Shown: in pieces, positions 51,152 to 60,212 of the stretch
Position numbering within the stretch: position 1 is the first letter of the stretch
Layout of the letters: each line of letters begins with the position of its first letter
Assembly (NCBI GenBank): GCA_902630065.1
Contig: CACOTF010000001.1
Span: forward strand, 133,854-197,853
Reading direction: 5' to 3'
DNA length: 64,000 bases
Source: an uncultured Pelagibacteraceae bacterium
Lineage (GTDB): Bacteria > Pseudomonadota > Alphaproteobacteria > Pelagibacterales > Pelagibacteraceae
Made by a program: the position numbers and the translations under genes
Notes under the pieces: model-generated
Seen by the model: the letters and a program-made list of their open reading frames with translations, nothing else
What the model was told of the DNA's origin: nothing
Database searches by the model: none

Positions 51152-51577
51152 TTATATAGTTTTGAATAATCTATCGTATTCGTTTTTAATACATTTATTA
51201 GAGATATAATAAATTTTATTTTGAGAGACTAATTTAGCTGCATTTTCGTTATGAATTCCTAATTGCAACCATAATACATTTGCTCCAATTTCTATTGTTT
51301 GTTTTGCTATTTCCTCAGCCTCTTCACTGGGTCTAAAAACATTAACAATTCCAACATGATCTTTTATATCAGTTAGTTTTTTATAAACTGGTTCTCCATG
51401 TATAATTTTATTATCTGTTACTGGATTAACAGGAAAAACTTTGTAACCTGTATTTCTTAAATATTTCATTATTATATTGGAAGTTTTTTTTGAGTCTGGG
51501 CTTGCTCCAACAATTGCTATCGTCCGATAACTTAAATAAAGTTCTTTTATCTTTTCGTCTACTAGTGTTGTGTCCAT
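51152..51577 (-). CDS. CoA-binding protein (YccU-like), copy 2
   Basis: IAIVGAS, PVNP, VFR, WLQLG and NKCI motifs. Confidence 0.9.
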   Translation of the reverse strand: MDTTLVDEKIKELYLSYRTIAIVGASPDSKKTSNIIMKYLRNTGYKVFPVNPVTDNKIIHGEPVYKKLTDIKDHVGIVNVFRPSEEAEEIAKQTIEIGANVLWLQLGIHNENAAKLVSQNKIYYISNKCIKNEYDRLFKTI

Positions 51578-51585
51578 AATTTAAT

Positions 51586-52035
51586 TTAAATTTTTAGATC
51601 TAGACGCGGTTTCCAAAATGGTCTGAAGAGTTCAATTTTTGGACATCTATTCATAACTACTTTTAAACCTGCATCTTCAGCAATTTTTGCTGCATCATGA
51701 TTAATTACACCAATTTGTCCCCATAATACTTTTGCTCCAATTGATATTGCCTCTTCAGCAATACCATAGAGATCCTCGGATTTTCTAAATACTTCGACCA
51801 TATCAACAGGTCTATCTATTGCCGATAAATTTGGATAAACTTTTAAATTTCTAATTTCCTTTACACCTGGTTTAGGATTTACAGGTATCATGTCATAGCC
51901 AGTTTCATGCAAAACTCGTAATACACCATAACTAAATTTAGTTTTGTCTGGACTAGCGCCAACCATTGCAATTGTCTTAACTGAACTTAGAATATCTTTT
52001 AAATATTCAGCGCTATAAGGTTCATTGTGGTTCAT
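51586..52035 (-). CDS. CoA-binding protein (YccU-like), copy 1
   Basis: IAMVGAS, PVNP, VFR, WGQIG and MNRCPKIE motifs. Confidence 0.9.
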   Translation of the reverse strand: MNHNEPYSAEYLKDILSSVKTIAMVGASPDKTKFSYGVLRVLHETGYDMIPVNPKPGVKEIRNLKVYPNLSAIDRPVDMVEVFRKSEDLYGIAEEAISIGAKVLWGQIGVINHDAAKIAEDAGLKVVMNRCPKIELFRPFWKPRLDLKI

Positions 52036-52402
52036 CTTTATTTTTTTCTTCCTTTTTACTTGCGATATCTGCTTTTAATTCGTGTGGCTCTAAAGGATCA
52101 AGGAAAGGATTTCGGTATAATTTATCATGACTTTCAACTCCTATCTCTATTGTGCAATCTGTTTTTGCTTTAGCAACACATAAAATAATATATCCATCAT
52201 TTATTTGTCTATTATTTAAAGCAACTTGAGAACGTTGATCCACTTCACCATTAATCAGTTTAGCTGCACATGTAATACATCCTCCATACTGACATCCGTA
52301 TGGAAGATCGACACCTTGATCTCTTAATTCATTTAATAAAGGTTTTTTTCCACTTACTTCAAATGCACTGTTATTTCTGTTTGAGATTGTAATTTTTGTC
52401 AT
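52022..52402 (-). CDS. Plant-type [2Fe-2S] ferredoxin with C-terminal extension
   Basis: LPYGCQYGGCITC...ILCVA; ATG at 52402 overlaps the SBP56 stop (ATGA). Confidence 0.88.
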   Translation of the reverse strand: MTKITISNRNNSAFEVSGKKPLLNELRDQGVDLPYGCQYGGCITCAAKLINGEVDQRSQVALNNRQINDGYIILCVAKAKTDCTIEIGVESHDKLYRNPFLDPLEPHELKADIASKKEEKNKDEPQ

Positions 52403-53751
52403 AGCCAGATGTCGCTTGTGCAATCTCCACCTGGATATCTACTTTCATGGCACCTACTAGGTCCATTTGGCTCTTTGCCAAAATCAACAATAAAATCTTT
52501 ATTAATTTTCATTCCTCCATTTTCAACATCACAATCAATCATAATCATTGCTCCACCCTGTTTTCTAATTTCAGGATAAAATTGATTATCCCAAGTAGAA
52601 AATAATGATGTTGTTACATACATTCTTTTGCCATCTAAAGATAATTGATACATTTGAGGTCCACCAGCAATTTTAACACCATTTACTTCTGGAGCCTTTC
52701 CTAACAATCCACCCATCCAAACTTGACCAGTTAATTTTGGTTTATGCGGATCTGAAATATCGTATTGCCTCATATCCCCATGAAGCCAATTATTTATATA
52801 TAGATATTTATCATCCATTGAAACTAATATCGCTGACATAACCCCAGGTACAGGGATTGGCCAGTCAGGATGTGGTTCATTTTCAACATCGATTATTTTT
52901 TCCCATTCCCATTTTCCTTCTTTTGATTTCCAAAAATGAATTACATTTGCACTTAGCGCTGCACCACAAAATCCATGACTACTGTCAGGATTATGCATAA
53001 ATTTTACTTCTAATGGTATTAAACCATCCTCACCTAAATACATTGTTTGAACTGGCTCTTTTTTTTTAAAATCCCAAACATGAAGTCGTCTACCATATTT
53101 CAAATGACCAACTTCCTCTAAATCAAATCCAGGCATAAAAGTATTAGGGGCAGCCCATTCAGAACTAACCATCACATTATGTCTTGGTTGGTACCAGAAG
53201 TCATAACTAAAAGGTATGTCTCCCATTGAATTTTCCCATCTACCTACAATTTCAAAATCTTTGTTTAAATGTAAATATCCTCCTGGAGCTTCTCCTCTTG
53301 CATCTCCTAGAAAAGAAATGATAATTTCAGAACCTAGGCAATGAACTGTATGCGGTCCTGATAAATTAGTTTTTTTCTTTATTTCAGATCCATCTACTAC
53401 TTTATGTATTTTTGGAGCTCTAGGATCGGATGCAGTATCAACAACATAAATATTATTTGATCTAACACCTGGAACTAATAAATATTTTCTGCTCATTTTT
53501 GAGTCGCCATGACAAGAAGAACATGCATTCCATCCCATATGATGCAATTCATCACCAATACCTGGCATTTCAAGTCTATGAATTACTTTAGAATAAGTAG
53601 GGCTTTGAGGATCAACATCGACGGTTGCTAAGTAGTCTGGTTTTTGTATTCCTGTCCCTGTGTAAATCGCTATAGTATATAAAAGCTTTTCTTTTGGTGC
53701 TTTTATTGCTTCTGCAGGACTAGCATATCCGGGACCACAACATCCATCCAT
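52399..53751 (-). CDS. SBP56/SELENBP1-like protein, putative methanethiol oxidase
   Basis: CCGPGYASP, DELHHMGWNACSSC, PHTVHC, YDFWYQP, GGPQM.QLSLDG and YPGGDCTSDIW; no signal peptide. Confidence 0.9.
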   Translation of the reverse strand: MDGCCGPGYASPAEAIKAPKEKLLYTIAIYTGTGIQKPDYLATVDVDPQSPTYSKVIHRLEMPGIGDELHHMGWNACSSCHGDSKMSRKYLLVPGVRSNNIYVVDTASDPRAPKIHKVVDGSEIKKKTNLSGPHTVHCLGSEIIISFLGDARGEAPGGYLHLNKDFEIVGRWENSMGDIPFSYDFWYQPRHNVMVSSEWAAPNTFMPGFDLEEVGHLKYGRRLHVWDFKKKEPVQTMYLGEDGLIPLEVKFMHNPDSSHGFCGAALSANVIHFWKSKEGKWEWEKIIDVENEPHPDWPIPVPGVMSAILVSMDDKYLYINNWLHGDMRQYDISDPHKPKLTGQVWMGGLLGKAPEVNGVKIAGGPQMYQLSLDGKRMYVTTSLFSTWDNQFYPEIRKQGGAMIMIDCDVENGGMKINKDFIVDFGKEPNGPSRCHESRYPGGDCTSDIWL

Positions 53752-53811
53752 GATTGATTTTCTCCTTTAATTACAACTTAATCTTTTTTTTAAGTGACTT
53801 CAACTTAATGG

Positions 53812-54585
53812 TTATTTGTTTTTCCAACTTGGATTTCTTTTTTCTATAAATGCACTTATACCCTCTTTAGCATCATAAGATGACATATTAAGTGTCATCA
53901 TCTTACTTGTATAATCATAAGCTTTGTTAAGAGGCATTTCTAATTGTTTATAAAAACCCTTTTTACCTATTTTGATAGTTAAATTTGATTTTGAAGATAT
54001 TTTTTTTGCGATATCTAAAATTTTTTTATTTAAAGTTTTTGGACTGTAATGATCATTAATTAATCCGATTTCCTTTGCATATTTTGCACTAATTGGATCA
54101 CCGGTAAGTAGCATTTCCATCATTCTTTTTCTGCTAATTTTTCGGCTGACAGCTACCATTGGTGTACTACAAAATAATCCAATTTTTACTCCAGGTGTAG
54201 CAAAAGTTGCTGAGTTTGTGCTATATGCAAGATCACAACTGGCAGCTAATTGACATCCAGCAGCATAAGCAGCACCATGAACTTTTGCTATTACTGGTTT
54301 GTTGCCTTCTACTATTTGCATCATAAGTTTTGAACAAAGTTTAAACAATTTTAAATGATTAGATCTATTTTTTATACCTCTTACTTCTTTTAAATTATGA
54401 CCTGCACTAAATCCTTTGCCAGCTCCTTCTAAAATAATAACTCTTGTATCTTTGTCATTATCTAATTTTTTAAATGCTTTTAATAAAGATGAGAGAGTTT
54501 TGTAGGATAAGGAATTATAAGTTTTTGGATCATTTATTAAAACTCTCTTAACCCCTTGTGTAACTTTATTTATTTTTACAATCAC
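53812..54585 (-). CDS. Enoyl-CoA hydratase/isomerase family (ECHDC3-like)
   Basis: FSAGHNL, AAGCQL and TPGVKIGLFCSTP motifs; GTG start. Confidence 0.9.
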   Translation of the reverse strand: MIVKINKVTQGVKRVLINDPKTYNSLSYKTLSSLLKAFKKLDNDKDTRVIILEGAGKGFSAGHNLKEVRGIKNRSNHLKLFKLCSKLMMQIVEGNKPVIAKVHGAAYAAGCQLAASCDLAYSTNSATFATPGVKIGLFCSTPMVAVSRKISRKRMMEMLLTGDPISAKYAKEIGLINDHYSPKTLNKKILDIAKKISSKSNLTIKIGKKGFYKQLEMPLNKAYDYTSKMMTLNMSSYDAKEGISAFIEKRNPSWKNK

Positions 54586-54960
54586 TTATTTTAATTTACC
54601 CTCTTCTCTCATCTTGGCTCTAATTTTAGTTGCGGAAATTTTTTGAATTTCTTCTGATAGAACTATTTCTTCAATTTTATATCCTACACCTCTTCCATAA
54701 CAAATATTTGTAATATTAGGCACAAGTATAATTTTGAACCTGCCCTCAAACTCTGGATTAAGTTTTTCTTCTATATTTTTTTTTACAGTTTCAAAATCAA
54801 ATGGATTGTCATCAACACCTTGAACATCTCTAATTTGAATACTAACTTGACCTGTTTTTTTTATAATCTCTTTAAATAAAGTGTAGTGACCATCATGAAA
54901 AGGTTGCCATCTTCCTAACATTTGTGCTGTTGGCTTTTTGTTATCCCATTGATAAGTCAT
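54586..54960 (-). CDS. HxGH cytidylyltransferase-like nucleotidyltransferase
   Basis: GRWQPFHDGH, NPF, YGRGVGY and ISATKIR; start at 54960 overlaps the upstream stop. Confidence 0.8.
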   Translation of the reverse strand: MTYQWDNKKPTAQMLGRWQPFHDGHYTLFKEIIKKTGQVSIQIRDVQGVDDNPFDFETVKKNIEEKLNPEFEGRFKIILVPNITNICYGRGVGYKIEEIVLSEEIQKISATKIRAKMREEGKLK

Positions 54961-55367
54961 TTTTTTATCTCCTCTAAAATCTTTGGTGCCCAAGACTTAG
55001 CGTCCTGAGAAGTAACGTGAAAGTCATATTTTTCTGGTTTTACAAACATTTTATTCGTATCATCAAATCTACCTTCTTTTATTGTATCTACCCAAACTAC
55101 ATAATCTGCTGGAAATAAACTTCTAGCTTCTGGAGTTGGACAAATAAAATCTGCAACAACATAATTTCCTTTATCTTTTAATTTTAAAGCGAAGTCTGCC
55201 ATTCTTTTTGCTTGTCTTGATCTACCCTCTTCTGAAAAATCCCAATCGTTTGCAGCTTTTCTTACCTCATCTGCATTCAATCTTTTAGCATTTAATAATG
55301 GAGCAAGTTCATCAGCCAAAGTTGTTTTTCCTGCTCCTGGTAATCCCATGATTAATATAATTTTCAT
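54957..55367 (-). CDS. Short P-loop kinase, APS-kinase-like
   Basis: GLPGAGKTT, NADEVR, DFSEEGR..Q and DFICP motifs. Confidence 0.8.
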   Translation of the reverse strand: MKIILIMGLPGAGKTTLADELAPLLNAKRLNADEVRKAANDWDFSEEGRSRQAKRMADFALKLKDKGNYVVADFICPTPEARSLFPADYVVWVDTIKEGRFDDTNKMFVKPEKYDFHVTSQDAKSWAPKILEEIKK

Positions 55368-55382
55368 GTTTAAGTTTTACCT

Positions 55383-56558
55383 TTAAATTAAATTACCAGC
55401 AACCCACTTATGAAAATGATGAGTTGGATTATCCATTTTTGGAGAAAAATTACCACCGTTATAAGCTGGAGAGTTTCTACCTATTTGCATACTTTGAATT
55501 ATGTCTACATCCTCTTTTTGGATATCTTCCCATTGTTTGTGATTTTTTTGTCTTAAAGTTTTATACTTTGTTGAAGTTGCCGCTTCTTCTCCAACATAAT
55601 AAATTTCCATATGTTCTATTGTAAACTCATGATTGATTGGTTCTAACCAATAAGCATAATAATGATCTTTATGAATTCCTAACATTACATTTGGAAATAA
55701 TGCTACATACTCAGCTATATTTTCTTTATCGTTTGGCCAATTAGGAAAGCAAGGAAACTTTTCTTTTCCTTCAAATCTTGGATTGTAGACCACTGTTCCT
55801 TGTCCGGCGAAACGATTTGGAAGACCTTGAATATGATAGTGATCTTCTAACTTTGAATAAGAATTTAATCCTGGATGAACCCAAGGTAGATGATAGCTTT
55901 CACAATAATTTTCAATTGCAAATTTCCAATTACATTTTGCATCTAATTTAAAATAACCATAGTCATTTGCATGATAAATTAATTCTCTATCTTTCAATGG
56001 CCAAAATTTTTCCCATCTTTCACTTAAAGGACTAATGTAATCCTCAAATGAAATTTCATTATTGTTAATATTAATCATAATAAGATCTAACCAAATATAT
56101 GATCTTATCTCTTTTAAATTACTTTTTGATTTATCAAATTCAGGTGTTTGATGAATATTCATACCTCCTATATGAGGTGTGGCAACTAAATTTCCTTCTA
56201 AGTTATATGACCATGAATGATATGAGCATCTCATAACATTTCGAATTTTGCCAGCTTCTTTAACTAATTTAACTCCTCTATGACTACAAATATTATGAAA
56301 AACTTTTATTTCTTTATTTTTTGTTCTAACAATAAGTAAGGGTATCCCAAGTAAATCAATTGGTTTCACATCACCTTCGTCAGGAATAGAGCTTCCAACT
56401 CCTATTACGATCCACTTATCTTCAAATAATTTTTTTCTTTCAATTAAAGTATATTCTTTATTGATGTAACATTCATTTGGTAAACCATGAGCTTCGGTAA
56501 TTGGTTTAGATACAATATCTAACTTTTGTTTATCTATAATATTGTAAATTTCTGACAT
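55383..56558 (-). CDS. Rieske oxygenase alpha subunit (choline monooxygenase/betaine demethylase-like)
   Basis: CSHRG...CSYH Rieske ligands; ENYCESYHLPWVH and ED mononuclear Fe motifs. Confidence 0.88.
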   Translation of the reverse strand: MSEIYNIIDKQKLDIVSKPITEAHGLPNECYINKEYTLIERKKLFEDKWIVIGVGSSIPDEGDVKPIDLLGIPLLIVRTKNKEIKVFHNICSHRGVKLVKEAGKIRNVMRCSYHSWSYNLEGNLVATPHIGGMNIHQTPEFDKSKSNLKEIRSYIWLDLIMININNNEISFEDYISPLSERWEKFWPLKDRELIYHANDYGYFKLDAKCNWKFAIENYCESYHLPWVHPGLNSYSKLEDHYHIQGLPNRFAGQGTVVYNPRFEGKEKFPCFPNWPNDKENIAEYVALFPNVMLGIHKDHYYAYWLEPINHEFTIEHMEIYYVGEEAATSTKYKTLRQKNHKQWEDIQKEDVDIIQSMQIGRNSPAYNGGNFSPKMDNPTHHFHKWVAGNLI

Positions 56559-56561
56559 GGT

Positions 56562-57191
56562 TTATTTTATCACTTGGTATAACCCTAACCAAGCATTTAC
56601 GTCTTTGCTCGCAATGTAATCTGATTTAAAAAATTTTATTTCTTTCCATTTATTTTGCTTTTTAAGTTGTTCAATTTTTTTATCAAAACCATATTCTTCA
56701 TGTATTCCCTCATTAATAGTAAAACAGATAAATCCATCGTTCTTTGTAATTCTGATAAATTCCTCCAAAGCTGGTGGCTTTACATGTCCAAAAGTAAATG
56801 TACCAACACACATAACAGAGTCATATTCATTATCTTTTTTATTAATGGGTTTATTCAAGTCTACTTGTTCAAGCTCTTCATAAAGATCATTTGGTACTAA
56901 TTCTAATAACTTTTTTGAAAGATCTGCCCCATGAAAATTTTTAAAACCATATTTTTTTAATTCGACACCCACCAATCCAGTTCCACAGCCAGCATCATAA
57001 ATTTTTGCATCTTTATTTTTTTGGAATTCTGAAAATACTTTTGTTGTTTCTTTTGGTCCTGTGTAATTCCAATCCACCATATCCTTGTCATATTTATTAC
57101 CATCACCCCACTCATCGTAATATTTCATTACTTGATCGGTGTCTTTTAACTTATAAATGGGAATTTTGTTACCTACGTCTTTTTGTGCCAT
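56562..57191 (-). CDS. Class I SAM-dependent methyltransferase
   Basis: YYDEW, DAGCGTGLVG, DLS and GTFTFGH motifs. Confidence 0.88.
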   Translation of the reverse strand: MAQKDVGNKIPIYKLKDTDQVMKYYDEWGDGNKYDKDMVDWNYTGPKETTKVFSEFQKNKDAKIYDAGCGTGLVGVELKKYGFKNFHGADLSKKLLELVPNDLYEELEQVDLNKPINKKDNEYDSVMCVGTFTFGHVKPPALEEFIRITKNDGFICFTINEGIHEEYGFDKKIEQLKKQNKWKEIKFFKSDYIASKDVNAWLGLYQVIK

Positions 57192-57199
57192 GATAAAAC

Positions 57200-58162
57200 T
57201 TACTTCACTTTTAATAAAAAAACTCCAAAATAATTTTTTTTATCTGCAAAATATTTTAAGACTTTAAAGCCTGATTTATTAACTAATTTAATAAAGTTAT
57301 TTTTTGAATATTTATGAGAATTTTCAGTATGAATGCTTTCATCTTTAGTAAATTTAATATTCTTTTTATTAATTTTTAACGTGAAATTTTTTTTCGAGAT
57401 AAGATGCATTTCAATTCTATTTTTTTTTAAATTGTAGAATGCTTTATGATCAAAATTTTTAGTTTGAAAATTTGAATTACAAATTTTGTTTACTACATTT
57501 AATATATTTTTATTAAATTTTGCTGTAACTCCCAATTTATCATTATAAGCATTTTCAAGAGTTTTCTTATTTTTGATCAAATCAACCCCAATTACTAAAT
57601 AAGAATTTTTGCCTATGATTTTTGAAAAATTTTTTAATATTTTTTTTGCATTTTTGGGTAAATAATTTCCTATTGTAGATCCTGGAAAAAAACTGACTAT
57701 TTTTTTTTTGTTTTTTAAAATTTTATTTAATCTATTGGTCTGACTAAAGTCAGCACATATTGCTGTTACTTTTAAATCTGAGAATTTTTTTGCAATTATT
57801 GATGCATTTTCAAACAAATATTCCTTGCTAATATCTATAGGAATGTATTCTTTGGGTTCACTTAATGATTTTATAAATTTATTTATTTTTTTATTTGAGC
57901 CACTACCAAATTCTACAATTGTTGAATTAATTGGTAATTTCTTTCTTATCTCTTTTTGTAAGTTACCTAGTATTTCTAACTCTTTATTTGTTGGGTAATA
58001 TTCTTTAAGATTTGTAATTTTATTAAATAACTTTGAACCTTTTTCATCATAAAAATATTTAGGTAATAAATATTTTTGTTTTTTATTTAATAATCCTTGT
58101 AAGATTAATTTTTTATCGTCTTGAATTTGATTGTTTATGTTTATTAATTTTAAATTAGTCAC
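57200..58162 (-). CDS. egtD: L-histidine N-alpha-trimethyltransferase
   Basis: PKYFYD..GS.LF, EYYPT, EFGSG, GSTIGN, AYND..GVTA.FN and TENSHKY motifs. Confidence 0.92.
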   Translation of the reverse strand: MTNLKLININNQIQDDKKLILQGLLNKKQKYLLPKYFYDEKGSKLFNKITNLKEYYPTNKELEILGNLQKEIRKKLPINSTIVEFGSGSNKKINKFIKSLSEPKEYIPIDISKEYLFENASIIAKKFSDLKVTAICADFSQTNRLNKILKNKKKIVSFFPGSTIGNYLPKNAKKILKNFSKIIGKNSYLVIGVDLIKNKKTLENAYNDKLGVTAKFNKNILNVVNKICNSNFQTKNFDHKAFYNLKKNRIEMHLISKKNFTLKINKKNIKFTKDESIHTENSHKYSKNNFIKLVNKSGFKVLKYFADKKNYFGVFLLKVK

Positions 58163-59379
58163 TAGATGTCATCAGCTAGTCTGACACCACAAAACTGCCA
58201 AGTATCACTTGGGTAAAAGAAATTTCTATAAGATGCTCTGACATGATTAATAGATGTGGAATGTGAGCCACCTTTTAAGACAAACTGATTACACATGAAC
58301 TTATTATTATATTCTCCTAAATTTCCTTCATAAGGTTTATATTTTTTGTAAGGTGTATAATTACTACTTGTCCAAGCCCATAAATTTCCATAAACATCGT
58401 TTGCTTTTTCTTCTACTTCATGAAAAATTTTATTTTCTATAAAATTACCTTTTTTCTCAGATTGTTTTAAGAAATACTCTAGTTCAAATTCAGTTGGTAA
58501 TCTTTTGTTTTTGTATCTTGCAAATGCATCTGCTTCATAGAAACTTATATGAGAAACTGGCTTTTCATTATCAATTTTTTTTACACCGTTTAATGTAAAA
58601 TAATTATTATTATCTATCCAATACATTGGTTTTTGTAATTTGTTATTATTTACATAATCCCATCCATCAGATAACCAATACTCATGATTTTTATATCCTC
58701 CTTCATTAATAAATTCTTTCCACTCTCCATTGGTAACAAATGAATATATTTTAAAAGGATCTAATTGTGTTTCTGATGCTGGTAATTCGTTATCGTAACA
58801 AAAAATATCTTCGTCGTTTCCATATTTAAATTTTTTACTAGTTTCTAATGTCAATTCATTTTTTTCTTTAGCAGTTGGTTTATCATCATTAGAATTATAA
58901 GTCGGCATCAATGGATTGTTGTAAAAAATATTTTTAATATCCATTAACATTAATTCTTGATGCTGTTGTTCGTGATTTAAACCTAGTTCAACTAAAAAAG
59001 ATGTCCTGTTATTTTTTGTCCTTTTTAAAAAATCAATAATATTTTCAGTTACATAATGTCTATATTTTACAACATCTTTTAAGATGGGTCTATTTAGTGA
59101 ACCTCTCTTATTTCGAGGATTGTATTCACCTACAGAATTGTAATATGAATTAAATATATAATTATAATCTTTGTTGAAAGGTTTGTAACTTTCATCCAAT
59201 TCAGACAAGATGAATTTTTCGAAGAACCATGTGGTGTGACCAAGATGCCACTTAAGAGGACTAACATTTTTGCTGGGCTGTATGACCATATCCTCAGCCT
59301 CTAAGTTTTCGCACAGGGATAGAGTTTGTTGTCTTGTTTTGGAGAATAATTCTGTAATTTGAGATGATTTGTTTTCCAT
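58162..59379 (-). CDS. egtB: Ergothioneine sulfoxide synthase
   Basis: SPLKWHLGHTTWFFE, FNSYY, HEQQHQE, RLPTE, EYN.KFM and RASYRNFF motifs. Confidence 0.92.
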   Translation of the reverse strand: MENKSSQITELFSKTRQQTLSLCENLEAEDMVIQPSKNVSPLKWHLGHTTWFFEKFILSELDESYKPFNKDYNYIFNSYYNSVGEYNPRNKRGSLNRPILKDVVKYRHYVTENIIDFLKRTKNNRTSFLVELGLNHEQQHQELMLMDIKNIFYNNPLMPTYNSNDDKPTAKEKNELTLETSKKFKYGNDEDIFCYDNELPASETQLDPFKIYSFVTNGEWKEFINEGGYKNHEYWLSDGWDYVNNNKLQKPMYWIDNNNYFTLNGVKKIDNEKPVSHISFYEADAFARYKNKRLPTEFELEYFLKQSEKKGNFIENKIFHEVEEKANDVYGNLWAWTSSNYTPYKKYKPYEGNLGEYNNKFMCNQFVLKGGSHSTSINHVRASYRNFFYPSDTWQFCGVRLADDI

Positions 59380-59483
59380 GACTAAATTTAATTAAATTTT
59401 CAGATCATGACAATGGGTTACAATGTGTTCAGCTGTTTAATATTTTTATAGACACGGAATATAAAATAATTAAGAATTTACTT

Positions 59484-60212
59484 ATGAATTTTTCTTTAGA
59501 AATAGGTCCTAAAACTGATTTAAGTACATTGCCAAAGGTAAAAGATGTTTATGTTACAATGCTACCTGGAGGTGATTATAAAGAGACTGCTCAACAATCT
59601 GGAGAGTTAGTTAAAGAGGGATTTAATCCAGTTCCTCACTTCCCAGCAAGGTCAATAAATGATGAAAATCAGCTTAAAGATTATGTTTCTAGATGTAAAG
59701 ATTTGGGTGTTAAGCAGGTCTTGGTGATAGGTGGAAGTCGTGACCCGATCGGAAAATTTGATAGCTCATATCAAATGTTAGAGACAGGATTTTTTGATGG
59801 TATCAAGATTGGAATTGCTGGACATCCAGAGGGGAGTCCTGATATATCCGACTCTGATTTAGAAAAAGCTATGATAGATAAAAAGCCTTATGCTGATTAT
59901 ATAGTTACACAGTGGCTAATGGATACTCAGCCTATTATAGATTTTATCTTAAAACAAACAATACCAGTTCATGTTGGAATAACTGGGCCAATGAAAATAT
60001 CTAGCTTAATTAAATTTGCTAATATTGTAGGGGCAAAAAATTCCATTAACTTTCTTAAATCTAATTTTAGTAAGGCATTAGATTTATTGAAACCTAAAGA
60101 CCCTAATGATTTAATTGGGAAAGTTAAATCGCATACTGATTATTTCCACATTTATACATTCGGCGGCTTGAAGGAAACTAACAAGTGGTTGAAGGAGAAT
60201 AACTATGTCTAA
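59484..60212 (+). CDS. metF: Short methylenetetrahydrofolate reductase
   Basis: PVPHFPAR, AGHPEG, VTQ and HIYTFGG motifs. Confidence 0.82.
   Translation: MNFSLEIGPKTDLSTLPKVKDVYVTMLPGGDYKETAQQSGELVKEGFNPVPHFPARSINDENQLKDYVSRCKDLGVKQVLVIGGSRDPIGKFDSSYQMLETGFFDGIKIGIAGHPEGSPDISDSDLEKAMIDKKPYADYIVTQWLMDTQPIIDFILKQTIPVHVGITGPMKISSLIKFANIVGAKNSINFLKSNFSKALDLLKPKDPNDLIGKVKSHTDYFHIYTFGGLKETNKWLKENNYV

Noticed and set aside
54957-55367. Evidence for assimilatory sulfate reduction (cysC)
   Set aside because: Protein is much shorter than CysC and no cysDN, cysH or cysIJ is present in the window
52399-59379. Selenoneine pathway (EgtB homologue near a 'selenium-binding protein')
   Set aside because: No SenB glycosyltransferase or SelD/SenC; the SBP56 name is historical
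59380-59483. SAM-II/SAM-V-like riboswitch between egtB and metF (TGAACACATTGTAAC on the minus strand)
   Set aside because: No supporting P1 stem or pseudoknot pairing found by eye; an Rfam/Infernal scan would settle it
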